From Sphyrna mokarran (lineage: Eukaryota): DNA of 64,000 bases. Under the pieces are notes generated by a model. It saw nothing but the letters and a program-made list of their open reading frames with translations, was not told the DNA's origin and searched no databases. Below, one piece after another: positions 38,000-50,580 of the stretch; position 1 is the stretch's first letter, and each line of letters starts with the position of its first letter. The translations under genes and the position numbers were made by a program. The stretch is taken from NCBI GenBank assembly GCA_024679065.1, contig JAGIQG010000014.1, positions 44,888,001-44,952,000 of the forward strand, given 5' to 3'.

Positions 38000-40887
38000 C
38001 CAGATTATCAATTATGGGACTAAATGCTGTAGTTGGGATGGGAATGGAGAATATTTCCCATTGTTGGACTGCTGGGAATTTGTGCAGTATCGCACTACTT
38101 ATTAATTATGAAGTTGAGAGTTTGCAGAAGTATCATATGGCGAGGTGAACGAGATGTCACATGCCCTGCCATTACGTGTAAGCTCCATTGTTAAAAGTCA
38201 CCCAGACAGCAATCTGCACAATGTTGGTGGAGGAGATGGCCTAAAGAGGACCGAAAGTTCCAGCGTCCACATTCAGCAATATCTCCCTGAGTGTCCTGCT
38301 TGATGACGTGGATGCAGGAGGAGCACTCTCTCTCTGAGAGGAGGAGGCTGAGCAGGGAGATGAACACAGCATGGAGAATTTCTCCACTATAGACAATGCC
38401 TGCCCAGGGTTTCCATCAGAGAACTGTCCTTCTACGCTGCGAAAGGATGAATGATCGCATCTGCGCCACCAAGAAAAATGAAACTATCAACTGTTTATAC
38501 TGACCTCACCAAATGGTATGGGGACACAGGCCTTAGTAGCATTATGATAACGTGATGCCTCTTAGCTTCATTGCAGTCTCTCTAGTCTGCTGGTGCAGCA
38601 GCCTTTGTGATCCCCTGATTCTTCCATACAGAGAGCTCACATGGAATTGGGATTGGGGAGAGGGGGAGGGAGTTCCAGCCTTTGAGGGTACCAGCAAACA
38701 CCATTCATGACATGCCCCTGTAAGCATTGTTCTTTTATCAGCCTGGGATCACTATTCTGTAGGCTGCTGCCCGAGAATGTAGAGACCCTGCAGTTCAACT
38801 AGCACAAAATCCTGTTTGTAAGCCAAGAAGTAGGAGAATAATATCTGAAAGCCTACTGTCTCTTTTTGCAGAGGGAAGTTAAGTCACAACAAGAGAGAGA
38901 GAGAGGGAGAAAATGGAAAGAAGTCGGCTGCATTTCATAGACCTCATCATCTTCGAGGAGCAGGCACCCCATCTGGCAGGGGTGGAGTGGGACAAATCCC
39001 ATGGAAATGGAGAGACTGGCATGTGGCCTCCATCCAGTAAGGATCCATGCAGTCACTCATTCTTTCCTCTCTTACAGTTGCTAGCAGGAAGACAGCAAGA
39101 CCCAAAAGTGCCAAAGATCTGTTCAGCACTCAAGGCAAGACTGGAGAGAAGAGAGGATGTTGCAGAGGAAGAAGGTGCACCTGTAGAAGTGGTACAGCAT
39201 ACTTGCAACATTCAATAGCTCAGGAACAAGCATTTACATGGGTACTAGATTATAGTTTAGGCTGTGTCTCGCATTGTGTATTGTCACGTGGCCAGAACAG
39301 GAGCAGGACATGTCAGCCTAGCTCACCAGCGCTTGGAGGAATGCTGGGGAAGAGGTGCTGTTGTGAGATTTAGGCCTAATGATAAACTTTTGAAATTGGC
39401 CTTCCAAGAGATGCTGGACAGACAGCAAAAAACAAGGAGAAATCAACAAAGGCTGAGGAGACCATCTGCCTGCTGGTTAGTGAAGTGCTTTTGACCTATG
39501 CATGAGTGAGATCTCCATGGGGAGGGTGGCAGTCTCTATGGAGACCTATATCCAGCCGCTCCTGCCAGAGATGTGATAGACCTGTGCTTCATTGCAATGG
39601 GTCAGATTTTATAGTGGCTACGTGAGAGGATAGAGTACTTTGCCCTGCCTCAGGTACTCCCTCCCCTCTAGGAGTCAGAGTCAGACAAGGCCCCTTGAGG
39701 ACCCAAAGAAAGGAGCAGCAGTTGGACACCCTTGGGACCTCCGCACAGGACTCTGAGGTACCCAGCCCTTCTCTGTCCCATATTTGTCAATGTTGAAATC
39801 CTCCATCTTCTCAAGCGGCCCACCCCAATAGAAGGAACATGTCCCTCTCATCCTGTCAACCCCAGAATCCACACTACCTTCAACAACACGGGACAGAAGA
39901 TGGATGGGGAGAGCTGAAGCATGACCATGGGGGGATGTCAAAACTGACTCATGGTAGGGGATTAATTATTGGTTACAAAGGTGAAGGCAAAAGTATATTA
40001 GACTCAACTTCAAATGTGACCACAAACTTCACTTGGCATTGCCTCACCCTCCCACCCTACTTGTTCCCACTGCCCGTTATAATGGTCACTATCCTATCCC
40101 ACCTGCAGCCTGAGTATGCCCCTCAGCACCACTGCACTGTCCTCCCTCTGAACCCCTTTTCCCTCTTGACTACTATGCCTGTCTACACCTTAACACTCTC
40201 CATGTCCCTTCATACCTGCACAATCGCGCATTCCAGCACTGCCCTTCGCACCATCATGCTCTACACCAGCTTAGCCTTTCCATGACCCTGATAGAATCTT
40301 TCTCTTTCCCCTATCACTGTGTCTCCCCCATCCCCATATAAGCTTCCGCTCTCATCCCACCTTATGAACATCCTCCTCATCTACCCCCAGCACAGACCAT
40401 CACAGTCCACCAGTGCCACCTGCAGCCTTCTATCCGCAGCTTGAAGCTGCTGTGCCGAGAATATTCACATGGTTGATCTTTCACCCATTGACTGCTGCAT
40501 GTGATGTTCTAGAGTCCAGTTGCTGGAAGCCACCGTATTCTCTTTGGATCTCTGAAAGCTGCCCCAGGAATTCTTCAGGTATGTGTTGACATGTATGAGC
40601 CACATTAGTCCTGACGTATTCTGGACCAGTATGATTTCTCACTGGTGGCGCAGTTGATTGGGCAGGCAAGAGGTCCAATTCCCATTGAACTTTCCCATCC
40701 CGTTGGCAGGCTGGAAATTGATTTTGCCCCGGCCTCTGGTGAGAATGGTGACTTACCATGGTAGGCAGGATGACAAATTACCAACAGTCATTTCATGTTT
40801 GTGGAAAAATGATTTTTCAGCTCCTATTGCATTGTTTCTCCCTCTCCTGACGTTAAACCCTCTGTAGGTGGGACTGGACAATCCTCC
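38000..40887 (+). mobile_element. Harbinger-type relic with decayed Myb/SANT-like gene
   Basis: ~38250-38475 reads FSNISLSVLLDDVDA...MNTAW...QRT..RCERMNDRI; ~38930 LIIFEEQA.HLAG parallels FEERALELTG at ~25100; left end related to 4966. Confidence 0.6.
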
Positions 40888-40894
40888 AATTTGA

Positions 40895-41231
40895 ATTGAG
40901 AAAGTTAAAGGGTCAATAATTTTATTTTTAAATGATTAAGGCATTTAATAGGATAGATACAGAGAAATAATTCATTTGAGGCAATCCAGTACAAGTATAG
41001 ATAATTCTAGATTAACAGCTATCATACTTAAGATGGAAGAAAGGGAACACTTTTTCATACAATGGGGTTGTGAAAATTGGGAACTGTCTCTCCAAAAGAC
41101 TGTAGCTACTGGATCAATTACAATTCTGGAGACTGATATTAATAGATTTTTGCTAAGTAAGGACATCAGACATGTGCATGGGTAAATGGAGTTGAGATAC
41201 AGATTGAACAAACTCAATTAGCTGACTGGTC
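40895..41231 (+). mobile_element. Old CR1 3' fragment
   Basis: REHFFIQWGCENWELSLQKTVATGSITILETDINRFLLSKDI corresponds to the CR1 ORF2 C-terminus. Confidence 0.7.
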
Positions 41232-41255
41232 TATAATATAATTATATATATATAC

Positions 41256-43090
41256 GAGGACACGAGAAGACTTTGGCGGATAGGATTAAGGAGAATCCTA
41301 AAGCTTTTTACAGGTATATAAATAATAAAAGATTGGTTAGGGCAAGATTAGGGCCAGTCAGAGATAGCAGTGGGAAGTTGTGCGTAGAGCCTGAGGAGAT
41401 AGGAGAGACACTGGATGAGTATTTTTCGTCAGTATTCACGCAGGAGAAAGACAATGTTGTCGGGGAGAATACTGCGATACTAGGTTGTAGACTGGGCAGG
41501 ATTGAAGTTCATAAGGAGGAGGTGTTAGCGAATCTTGAGGGTATGAAAATTGATAAGTCCCCTGGGCCAGATGGGATTTACCATAGGATTCTCTGGGAGG
41601 CTAGAGAGGAGATTGCAGAGCCTTTGGCTTTGATCTTCATGTCGTCGTTAGCTACAGGTATAGTGCCGGAAGAATGGAGGATGGCAAATGTTGTCCCTTT
41701 GTTCAAAAAGGGGAGTAGGGACCATCCTGGAAATTATAGACCGGTGAGCCTGACTGCTGTTGTGGGCAAGGTCTTGGAAAGAATTATAAGGGATAGGATT
41801 TATAAGCATCTAGAGAGGAATAAATTGATTAGGGATAGTCAGCACGGTTTTGTGAAGGGTAGGTCGTGCCTCACAAGCCTTATTGAGTTTTTTGAGGAGG
41901 TGACCAAAGAGGTAGATAAGGGTAAGGCAGTTGATGTAGTGTATATGGATTTTAGCGAAGCGTTTGATAAGGTTCCCCATGGTAGGCTACTGCAGAAAGT
42001 GCAGATGCATGGGATTGAAGGTGATTTAGCAGTTTGGATTAGGAATTGGCTAGCTGATAGAAGACAGAGGGGGGTGGTTGATGGGAAATATTCAATCTGG
42101 AGTGCAGTTACAAGTGGTGTACCTCAAGGATCTGTTTTGGGGCCACTGCTGTTTGTCATTTTTATAAATGACCTAGATGAGGGTGTAGAGGGTTGGATCA
42201 GTAAATTTGCTGACGATACCAAAGTGGGGGGAGTTGTAGACAGCGAGGATGGATGTTACAGTTTGCAGAGGGACATAGATAGGTTGCAGAGCTGGACCGT
42301 GAGGTGGCAAATGGAATTCAATATGGATAAGTGTGAGGTGATTCACTTTGGTAGGAATTACAGGCATATGAAATATAGGGCTAATGGAAGGACCCTTAAT
42401 AGTGTTGTCGAGCAGAGGGATCTTGGGGTACAAGTACATAGCTCCTTGAAAGTTGGCACCCAGGTTGATAAAGTTGTTAAGAAGGCGTACGGTATGTTAG
42501 CTTTTATTGGTAGAGGGATTGAATTTAGGAGCCGTGAGGTTATGTTACAACTGTACAAAACTCTGGTGCGGCCGCACTTGGAGTATTGCGTACAGTTCTG
42601 GTCGCCGCATTATAAGAAAGATTTGGAAGCATTGGAAAGGGTGCAGAGGAGGTTTACCAGGATGTTGCCTGGTATGGTGGGAAGGCCTTATGAGGAAAGG
42701 CTGAGGGACCTGAGGTTATTTTCATTAGAGAGAAGAAGGTTACGCGGCGACCTAATTGAGGCGTATAAGATGATCAAGGGATTGGATAGGGTGGATAGTG
42801 AGAGCCTTTTTCCTCGGATGGTGATGACCAACACGAGGGGACATAACTTTAAATTAAGAGGTGGTAGTTATAGGACGGATGTCAGAGGCAGGTTCTTCAC
42901 ACAGAGGGTGGTGAGGGCGTGGAATGTCCTGCCTGCAGCAGTTGTGGACTCGCCTACTTTGGGGGCATTCAAATGTTCGGTGGAGAGGCATATGGATGAT
43001 ATTGGAATAGTTTAGGTTAGAGGGTCCACTGGCCGGCGCAACATCGAGGGCCGAAGGGCCTGTACTGCGCTGTAATGTTCTATGTTCTAT
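41256..43090 (+). mobile_element. Young 5'-truncated CR1 (HER1-like) LINE
   Basis: Uninterrupted ORF2, short 3' UTR with gggccgaagggcc stem-loop-like motif and tgttcta tandem tail; many CpGs retained. Confidence 0.95.
41273..43015 (+). CDS. CR1 ORF2, reverse transcriptase domain and C-terminus (5'-truncated, no endonuclease)
   Basis: 580-aa open frame with KSPGPDG, NYRPVSL, QHGF..GRSC, YMDFSEAFDKV, GVPQGSVLGPLLF, FADD, RDLGV, HLEYC and RRLRGDLI; starts at TTG, not a true initiator. Confidence 0.93.
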   Translation: MADRIKENPKAFYRYINNKRLVRARLGPVRDSSGKLCVEPEEIGETLDEYFSSVFTQEKDNVVGENTAILGCRLGRIEVHKEEVLANLEGMKIDKSPGPDGIYHRILWEAREEIAEPLALIFMSSLATGIVPEEWRMANVVPLFKKGSRDHPGNYRPVSLTAVVGKVLERIIRDRIYKHLERNKLIRDSQHGFVKGRSCLTSLIEFFEEVTKEVDKGKAVDVVYMDFSEAFDKVPHGRLLQKVQMHGIEGDLAVWIRNWLADRRQRGVVDGKYSIWSAVTSGVPQGSVLGPLLFVIFINDLDEGVEGWISKFADDTKVGGVVDSEDGCYSLQRDIDRLQSWTVRWQMEFNMDKCEVIHFGRNYRHMKYRANGRTLNSVVEQRDLGVQVHSSLKVGTQVDKVVKKAYGMLAFIGRGIEFRSREVMLQLYKTLVRPHLEYCVQFWSPHYKKDLEALERVQRRFTRMLPGMVGRPYEERLRDLRLFSLERRRLRGDLIEAYKMIKGLDRVDSESLFPRMVMTNTRGHNFKLRGGSYRTDVRGRFFTQRVVRAWNVLPAAVVDSPTLGAFKCSVERHMDDIGIV

Positions 43091-43182
43091 ATGTCTTTAT
43101 GATATATGACATACTATACTGCCATGGAGAAGTATGAATAACTGCATAAATATACATAAAGCCATAATTGTCAAAGAAATGT

Positions 43183-43312
43183 AGGCTGGAATTTTCCTGC
43201 TGTTAACGTCCTTTCGCTGCTACAAGTGAGGACGGTGAATTTGGTCTCAGCCAAACCTTCGTCACCGGAACCAGAAAATCTCGCCGGCATGGACTGCCAG
43301 AAAATTCCACCC
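43183..43312. mobile_element. ~130-bp MITE
   Basis: TIRs aggctggaattttc / gaaaattccaccc; similar-sized relatives at ~45795-45922 and ~13743-13868. Confidence 0.75.
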
Positions 43313-44159
43313 GTTATGTTCAAAAAAGCTGTACATGATATAACAGTGCCCAATCAGTTTGTGAAAAATTAGTTTTTTGACAAAACAAAAATACAATATT
43401 GTTAAATTATAATTTTTTAAAAGGAATAAAAGTCTAATATTATGCTCTTTTTCTTTATAGACAGCAATGATTGTAAAATTTGACAGTCTGTGAAAACATA
43501 TGTACAATAAATGACTAACAGCCACTTAGTTAACTCTCCACGGCTAGCTTTACATGTTTTGCAAAAAACCGTGTCAATTTCAATTCTGATTATTGATGCA
43601 AAAGATTTTTTTCTGAACTTTGAGGCAGACGTCTTGACCACATTAGCAAATCTTTAAAAGAGAGAATAATTCCATTACAGCCACTTGTATTTTTCTGTCT
43701 TGTGATCATGCAGCTGGCTTCTAATGCATGGGTTGCACACAGCTGGCAGCTACACCACATCATCTAAGTTTGCTAAAGCAGGCCATTGGGAAGACCAGAT
43801 TAAAAAAAAATAAAGAAAATGTTGCTTGCATGAATGAGTTCAACAAATTAGCTACCAGGTTGCCATCAACTACCCAAGACCACGCACTGTGAGCCAGCAA
43901 TATTCACAGACTAGTTTGGGGAAATAACTTCAGAATTTCCAGAGACTTGGCTGGTCTTCTACCTTTTTTTCTTTCACAAATCTTTCAGTAAACTGAGGCA
44001 AGTTGGACAGGTTTACCTGTTAATTAATCCTTATTCTTCACCTGAAGTTCCCAAGAGCCACATATAAGGAGGTTGTTGATTCCATTCCTCCCTCCGACAC
44101 CATCTCTCCCATCATGCATTCATCTGACCTATTCTCATATTCTGACTCTTGTCAGTGTA

Positions 44160-45015
44160 TGGCACTGAGAGTATTCCTGAGATTACTACTTTGAGGTCTG
44201 GCTTGTTAATTTATTTCTGAACTCCCTCTGCTTTTAGGACCTCATCTTTCTCCTTACTTAATGTTGTTCATATTGATATGGACCATAGTCACTGGCTGTT
44301 CACCCTCCACCTTCAGAATGTAATGCAACTACTCAGTGACATCTTTGACCTTGGCAGTAAGGAGGTGACATATCATCCTGATTTCACACTTCTGACAGCA
44401 GAAATGTCTACCTGTGCCCCTTACAACAGAATCCTCTGCTATTGCAGTTGGGCCACTTATGGTGCCACGGACTTGGCTCTTACTGCATTCCCCTGAGAAA
44501 CTACCAACTTTAACAAGATCCATAACAGAAACCTGTCAGAGAAAGAGACGCCTTGTGTTTTTGCTCTGTCTGGCAGTCCTCTATTCCATTTCTTTCTGAG
44601 CACTCTTTACTTGCGGTGTGACTGCTTTACTGAATGTGCTATCCGAGAAGGTCTCATCCTTGCAGATGATTGCAGTCACAGCTTCAGCATCAAAAAGTGG
44701 ATTTTGAGTCGCTGCAGCTGGAGACACTTACTGTACATGTGGTCACCATGGACACTGAAAGTGTCCTCAACTTCCCACATTGCACAAGAAGAGCATTCCA
44801 AATGGCCAAGCTGCTGTGCCATGAATTACCTTTAAAGTACTTCCTTGACTTTTACTTCCTCTATTCTAGTACATATTAATGACAGTGGAAATGCTTACCA
44901 GATCCTACTTACCAAAGCAGCTACTCTTTTTTTGAGGAAAGGTTGAAAAGGATCAGCTGTTCCCCTCCTCACCAAACTCCTTCAGCCACCAAACTCCAAC
45001 TTAAACACTTACCTC
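44160..45015 (-). mobile_element. CR1 5' region relic: ORF1 (zinc finger + SGNH esterase-like)
   Basis: Minus strand MAQQLGHLECSSCAMWEV...HMYSKCLQLQRL then AIAEDSVVRGTGRHFC...RMICHL..AKVKDVTE (GDS-x-VRG esterase block of CR1 ORF1p). Confidence 0.75.
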
Positions 45016-45016
45016 C

Positions 45017-45330
45017 TCTTTCTGTGAGGTCTGGAACAAGGGGGTCACAGTTTCAGGATATGGAGTAGCCATTTATGACTGAGGTGAGCAGAATTTTCTT
45101 CACTCAAAGGGTGAATCTGTGGATTGTCTACTAGGGAAGACTGTGGGGGCCAAGTCACTGAATATATTTAAGAAGAAAATAGATAGATCTCGATACTCTA
45201 ATGACATCAAGTGGCATGGGGAAAGCATTGGAGTGTGGCATTGAGATGAAGGATCAGCCATGATCATATTGAATGTGTAGTAAACTCAAAGGGCCAAATG
45301 ACTTACTCCTGCTCCTATTTCCTCTGTTTC
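45017..45330 (+). mobile_element. CR1 3' fragment
   Basis: aagggggtcacagtttcaggata...ttcttcactcaaagggtgaatctgtgg...aagggccaaatgacttactcctgctcctattt. Confidence 0.75.
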
Positions 45331-45794
45331 TATTTGAAATTCCTACCTACATTATTTGAAAAAGGATATATTAGGTTCAACCATGAGCACAATGATTGGA
45401 TCTGTGGAAAAAGTGGGCAGTTTGATGCAGTCATACTAATGTTTGTGCAGTTACCTGGTAAATTGTTAAAATTCTTCAAAGGTTCTGCTACTTTTCTTCA
45501 TTTGTGCTTATGACTGCATTCATCTTTTATTCCTCCCAACAATCTTCGTGATTCTCTTTTTCTATTTCCAGATACACGAGGCAGATAAAACACATGCCTG
45601 TATCTGTTTCTGCAGCTAGGTATTTTTGGAATTAAATCATTAGCTATAACATGAGGGGCACCACTTCATATCAAGCATGACTGACCAGGAGAATCTTCTG
45701 TTCTTACTACATGTCATTTTGCTGGAAAGATTTACCAGTTGATTATTAACCTATTGATTACATTATTAATGCAGTTTCTGTGGTCATCAAGTCT

Positions 45795-45922
45795 GGGGTC
45801 TGAATTTTCCCATCTCACCTGCCATGGGAATTGTAGTCGGCAGGCCAGGACCATGCAAAGGTCCTTTGAACTTGGGCAGAATTTTCCAGTCTTAGGGCAA
45901 TCACAGCTGAAAAATCCCGTCC
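45795..45922. mobile_element. ~130-bp MITE
   Basis: ggggtctgaattttccc ... gaaaaatcccgtcc with an internal gggcagaattttcc copy of the TIR. Confidence 0.6.
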
Positions 45923-46059
45923 ACAGAGCTTCTGGCTCAGATCCAGGGATGCTTTTATCTACCGTTCCACCTCCTTCTCGACAGTAGTCCATACCAGATT
46001 ATACTAGTTAAATTCAAAGCTGCAAGAAATCTGGTCATCCTTGGGAATGGACAAGAAGT

Positions 46060-46895
46060 TGGCTGGAGTATAAAATAACCAGAATTTGTCAGAGCAGAAG
46101 AATCTAGCACCCATGAGACAATGCTGAGACCATTACTGTTTTGAATTTGCATCAATGTCCCAGAATCAAAAAATGTTATGCTAACTTGCCAAATCACAAT
46201 AAAAAAACTAAGAAGTGTAGTGAAATCAAGCAAGCAGTTCTGAAATTAGAGAACAGGCTGGGCAAGATATGTAATGGCAGTTGAAAGTTAAATATTAAGT
46301 ATTGTCTATTAGAAAGGAAAATGGGCAGCAGATAAACTCCATGAATCAAGCTGAAATAGTTAAGAAATTGTAAGAGAGAGAGAACCTCAGCAGATTCAAT
46401 GCTCAACATGTCCAACTGTTGCAGAGTAATTAACAAAGTCAATAAAGTGTTGAACTACATAGCCAAAGGAGTAGACTATAGATCAGAGGAAGTAGTCAGC
46501 AAACTACTGTGCTCCAGTCAGACATCACTTGAGTATTGTGTTCAGTTCTGGTTGCTGAGAAACCTAGGAGACAGTCAGGCACCAGAAAAGTGCCACAAGG
46601 CAGTTCCCTGCTGAGTTATAAGGAAAGCCAGGAGAAATTCCGAAGTTTTTCAGCAGGCTAAAGTGGTGCCTGAGAAATGATCTTCTTTAGGGGTATAAAA
46701 GGAACTGGAAAAAGGTAAACCCACAATGGTTACTTTAAAGTGATATGAGAATATGATAAGGAGATACCAATATAAATTGATAAGTAATAAATTCAGGTCT
46801 GATTGCAACAAAATTGTTCACACATTAAACTTTCAGATAAAATAGTGGAGGTGAAAACCATGGAATCATTTAAGAATGAATTAGATATTGCGAAA
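46060..46895 (+). mobile_element. Very old CR1 ORF2 fragment
   Basis: NKVLNYIAKGVDYRSEEVV...LEYCVQFW in ORF 46399. Confidence 0.65.
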
Positions 46896-47319
46896 AAAAG
46901 GGGGTGGGGATGGGTGAATAAATCAAGATTCATCAGTACTGTGATGTGTTCATGCACCATCCCATTTCAAAATTAGTACCTACAAAAATTAGTACATCTA
47001 AAAGTTAAAACTTGTGACAAGTAACATAGGTGAGCATTAATAGAGGAGCTAGTTTGTTTTTTTAAAAATCAAATTATTAAGAGTCCTGATGCATATCCTG
47101 CTTGTAAAAATGGCTATAATTTTCTTCTTTGTTTGATGAAAGGGTTAATGACCTTTTTAAAATACTTATTTATGGCACACTAATAAAATGCACGAATTGC
47201 ACAAATTTTAAACAGGTAATTTTATGCATTTTTTTGTTAGTTCGTTGAGAGAAGGGATTTTCTATTCTGTCTCATCTGTTTCTTGACTAAAGAGAATCTG
47301 ATGGGGATTTTTATTTGCA

Positions 47320-47647
47320 CTATTCATTCATGAAACATGAGCATCCCTGACTGGCCAGCATTCATCGCCCATCTCTAGTTGTCCAAGGGCAATTGAGAGT
47401 CAATCACATTGTTGTGGATCTGGAGTCACATGTAGGCCAGACCAGGTAAGGACAGCAGATTTCCCCCCCTAAAGGACATTAATGAACCAGATGGGTTTTT
47501 CAGCCAATCAACAATAGTTTTATGGTCATCAGTAGATTCTTAGTTCTAATGTTTTTTTATTGAATTCAAATCCCACCGCCATGGTAGGATTCAGAACATT
47601 AGCTGACTAATAGTCCAGCGATAGTAATACTAGGTCATCGCCTCCCC
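47320..47647 (-). mobile_element. tRNA-derived SINE, family 2
   Basis: ctggagtcacatgtaggccagaccaggtaaggacagcagatttcc...ggacattaatgaaccagatggg; homologous to 3635 and 54170 copies. Confidence 0.85.
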
Positions 47648-47995
47648 AGATCTGGGTGACTAGGCTTCTGACTCAAAATGGACAGAAGGCAGCTTCAATA
47701 TGTGAATCAAGGTTTGGGATCCTGATTGTTGTTTTCATGACCTATGGACCAGAACACGCTAGTTCCAATATATATGCAGCAACCTAACCAGAATTCCCAA
47801 AAGGAGCACTGAGGGGCTGCTAAGAAAAGACAATGTTCGTTTTTTGTAAAGTATGGTTTATGTGACATGAGGAAGAGCAATCATACTGCCAGCCCATTCA
47901 AACTTCACCACATCAACACCTGGATCTGATTTTCTCTCCAGAAACTTACCAGCCAGCTAACTATCCTATTGGGTAACCAAGACTATCAATAACAC

Positions 47996-50058
47996 TTATT
48001 CAAGGAGCAGCTGCTGCGAGTCCTTGATAAGTATGTCCCTGTCAGGCAAGGAGGAAATGGTCAAGTAAGAGAACCTTGGTGTACGAAAAAAGTTGATTTG
48101 CTGGTTAAAAGGAAAAAGGAGGCTTATGTCAGGATGAGGATTGAAGGCTCGGTTAGTGCAATGGATAGCTATAGATTAGGCAGGAGGGAGCTAAAGAGTG
48201 AATTGAGGAGAGCAAAGAGAGGACATGAGAAGACTTTGGCTGATAGGATTAGGGAGAATCCTAAAGCTTTCTTTAGATATGTTAAGAATAGAAGATTGGT
48301 TAGGGAAAGATTAGGGCCAGTCATAGACAGCAGTGGGAAGTTGTGCGTGGAGCCTAAGGAGATTGGAGAGGTACTGAATAAATATTTCTCTTCGGTATTC
48401 ACGCAGGGTGATGTAAATGTAGTTATGGAGAACACTGAGGTCCAGGGTAGCAAACTGGAAAGTATCGAAGTAGATAGGGAGGATGTGCTAGATATTCTTG
48501 AGGGTTTGAAGTTGGATAAGTCCCCTGGGCCGGACGGGATTTACCCTAGGATTCTCTGGGAGGCAAGAGAGGCGATTGCAGAGCTCTGGCTCTGATCTTC
48601 AGGTCGTCGTTGGTTACGGGTGTGGTTCCGGAGGACTGGAGGATAGCGAATGTGGTCCCATTGTTCAAGAAGGGGAAGAGAGACCTTCCAGGGAATATAG
48701 GCCAGTGAGTCTTACTTCTGTTGTGGGCAAAGTATTGGAGAGAATTATTAGGGATAGGATTTATAGTTATTTAGAGAGAAATGAATTGAGTGGGGATAGG
48801 CAGCATGGTTTTGTGAAGGGTAGGTCGTGCCTTACTAACCTCATTGAGTTTTTTGAAAAAGTGACTAAAGAGGTGGATGGGGGTAAGGCGGTTGATGTGG
48901 TATATATGGACTTTAGTAAGGCGTTTGATAAGGTGGCCCATGGAAGACTTCTGCAGAAAATGCAGATGTATGGGATAGAGGTGATTTAGCTAATTGGGTT
49001 AGGAATTGGCTAGCAGATAGAAGACAGAGGGTGGTGGTTGATGGGAGATATTCATCTTGGAGTTCGGTGACAAGTGGTGTACCTCAGGGGTCTGTTTTGG
49101 GGCCCCTGCTGTTTGTAATTTTTATAAATGATCTGGATGAGGGTATTGAAGGAGGGATTAGTAAATTTGCAGATGACACTAAAGTCGGTGGAGTGGTAGA
49201 TAGTGAAGAGGGGTGTTATAGTTTGCAGAGAGACTTGGACAAGGTGCAGAGCTGGGCCGAGAGGTGGCAAATGGAGTTTAATGTGGAAAAGTGTGAGGTA
49301 ATGCACTATGGCAGAAATAATAAATGTGTAGAGTATAGGGCAAATGGTAGGATTCTTAGTAGTCTAGATGAACAGAGGGATCTGGTGTGTATGTGCATAG
49401 ATCCCTGAAAGTAGGCAGTCAGGTCGAGAAGGTTGTTAGGAAGGCATATGGAGTCTTGGCTTTTATTTGTAGAGGGATTGAATTTCGGAGCCGCAACGTC
49501 ATGTTGCAACTGTACAAAACTCTAGTGCGGCCGCACTTGGGAGTATTGTGTACAGTTCTGGTCCCCGCATTATAAGAAAGATGTGGAGGCATTGGAGAGG
49601 GTACAGAGGAGGTTACCAGGATGTTGCCTGGTATGGAGGGCAGGTCTTATGAAGAGAGGTTGAGGGATTTGAGGTTGTTTTCGTTAGAGAGGAGGCGGCT
49701 AAGAGGGGACCTAATCGAAACATATAAGATGATTAGAGGTTTAGATAGGGTGGACAGTGATAGCCTTTTTCCTAGGATGGGGAAAGCTAGCACGAGGGGA
49801 CACAGCTTTAAATTAAGGGGTGATAGTTATAGGACGGACATCAGAGGCAGGTTCTTTACCCAAAGGGTGGTTCGGGAGTGGAATGCCCTGCCTGCAGCAG
49901 TTGTAGATGCGCCAAGTTGGTGGCGTTTAAGAGGTTAGTTGATAAGTATATGGAAGAGAAGGGAATGGTTTAGTTTGGAGGGGCATTGCTTTTTATATTG
50001 GTCGGTGCAACATTGAAGGCCGAAGGGCCTGTTCTGTGCTGTAATGTTCTATGTTCTA
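47996..50058 (+). mobile_element. Second young 5'-truncated CR1 LINE, ORF2 split by seven 1-nt indels
   Basis: ORF pieces 48098, 48576, 49031, 49387 and 49621 are colinear with the 580-aa ORF; same tgttcta tail. Confidence 0.95.
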
Positions 50059-50229
50059 TTATGAAGATTGTACCTGAAAATAGTTTAGACATGCCAGTTA
50101 TAGCCTTACGTGGATGCACAACTGATACCAAACTTTTTTTTAACCCAACTATAATACTAATCAATCCCTAATGGTATTGCATATTAAGTCTCAAGGCCAA
50201 GAGCAGTTTTCAGATAAAGCAGAATTATA

Positions 50230-50580
50230 GGAAACAGGAATAATTGGACTGAGGAGTGGGTTGGCAGAGAAGTGATAGAAGTGTGAGGGAAAGGCGAGAA
50301 AAGAAATGCATGGAAGGGGAGAGGAGTATGAGGCAGAGAGAAAGAAGGGTATGAGGATGTAGAAGAAGAGGCAAAGATAAGAAAAAGAGGGAAGGGAGCA
50401 TTAAAGAGGAGATGGGACATTGGGCTAGAGAATAGGAGAAGAGTGGAGAAAGAGAACAGGAAAGAAAAGGCGAGTGAAAAAATAATTGAAATGGGAAAGG
50501 GTTGGGTTAAAAGTGTTAGGAAGTCAGACAGTGCAGGAGAGAGAGAAGAAGAGTAGGAAGAGAGAAAACACACAAGACAG
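50230..50580 (+). repeat. Purine (GA)-rich low-complexity tract
   Basis: Sequence is overwhelmingly A/G on the + strand. Confidence 0.75.

Noticed and set aside
42173-42704. Antisense and alternate-frame ORFs within CR1 copies (also 48169, 49052, 53586)
   Set aside because: Shadow frames of the RT coding sequence.
44741-44755. X-box-like GTCACCATGGACAC
   Set aside because: Lies in CR1 ORF1 coding remnant and is explained by its codons.
50184-50573. 129-aa hydrophobic minus-strand ORF
   Set aside because: Product of a GA-rich low-complexity tract (F/L/S/P-rich), not a credible membrane protein.
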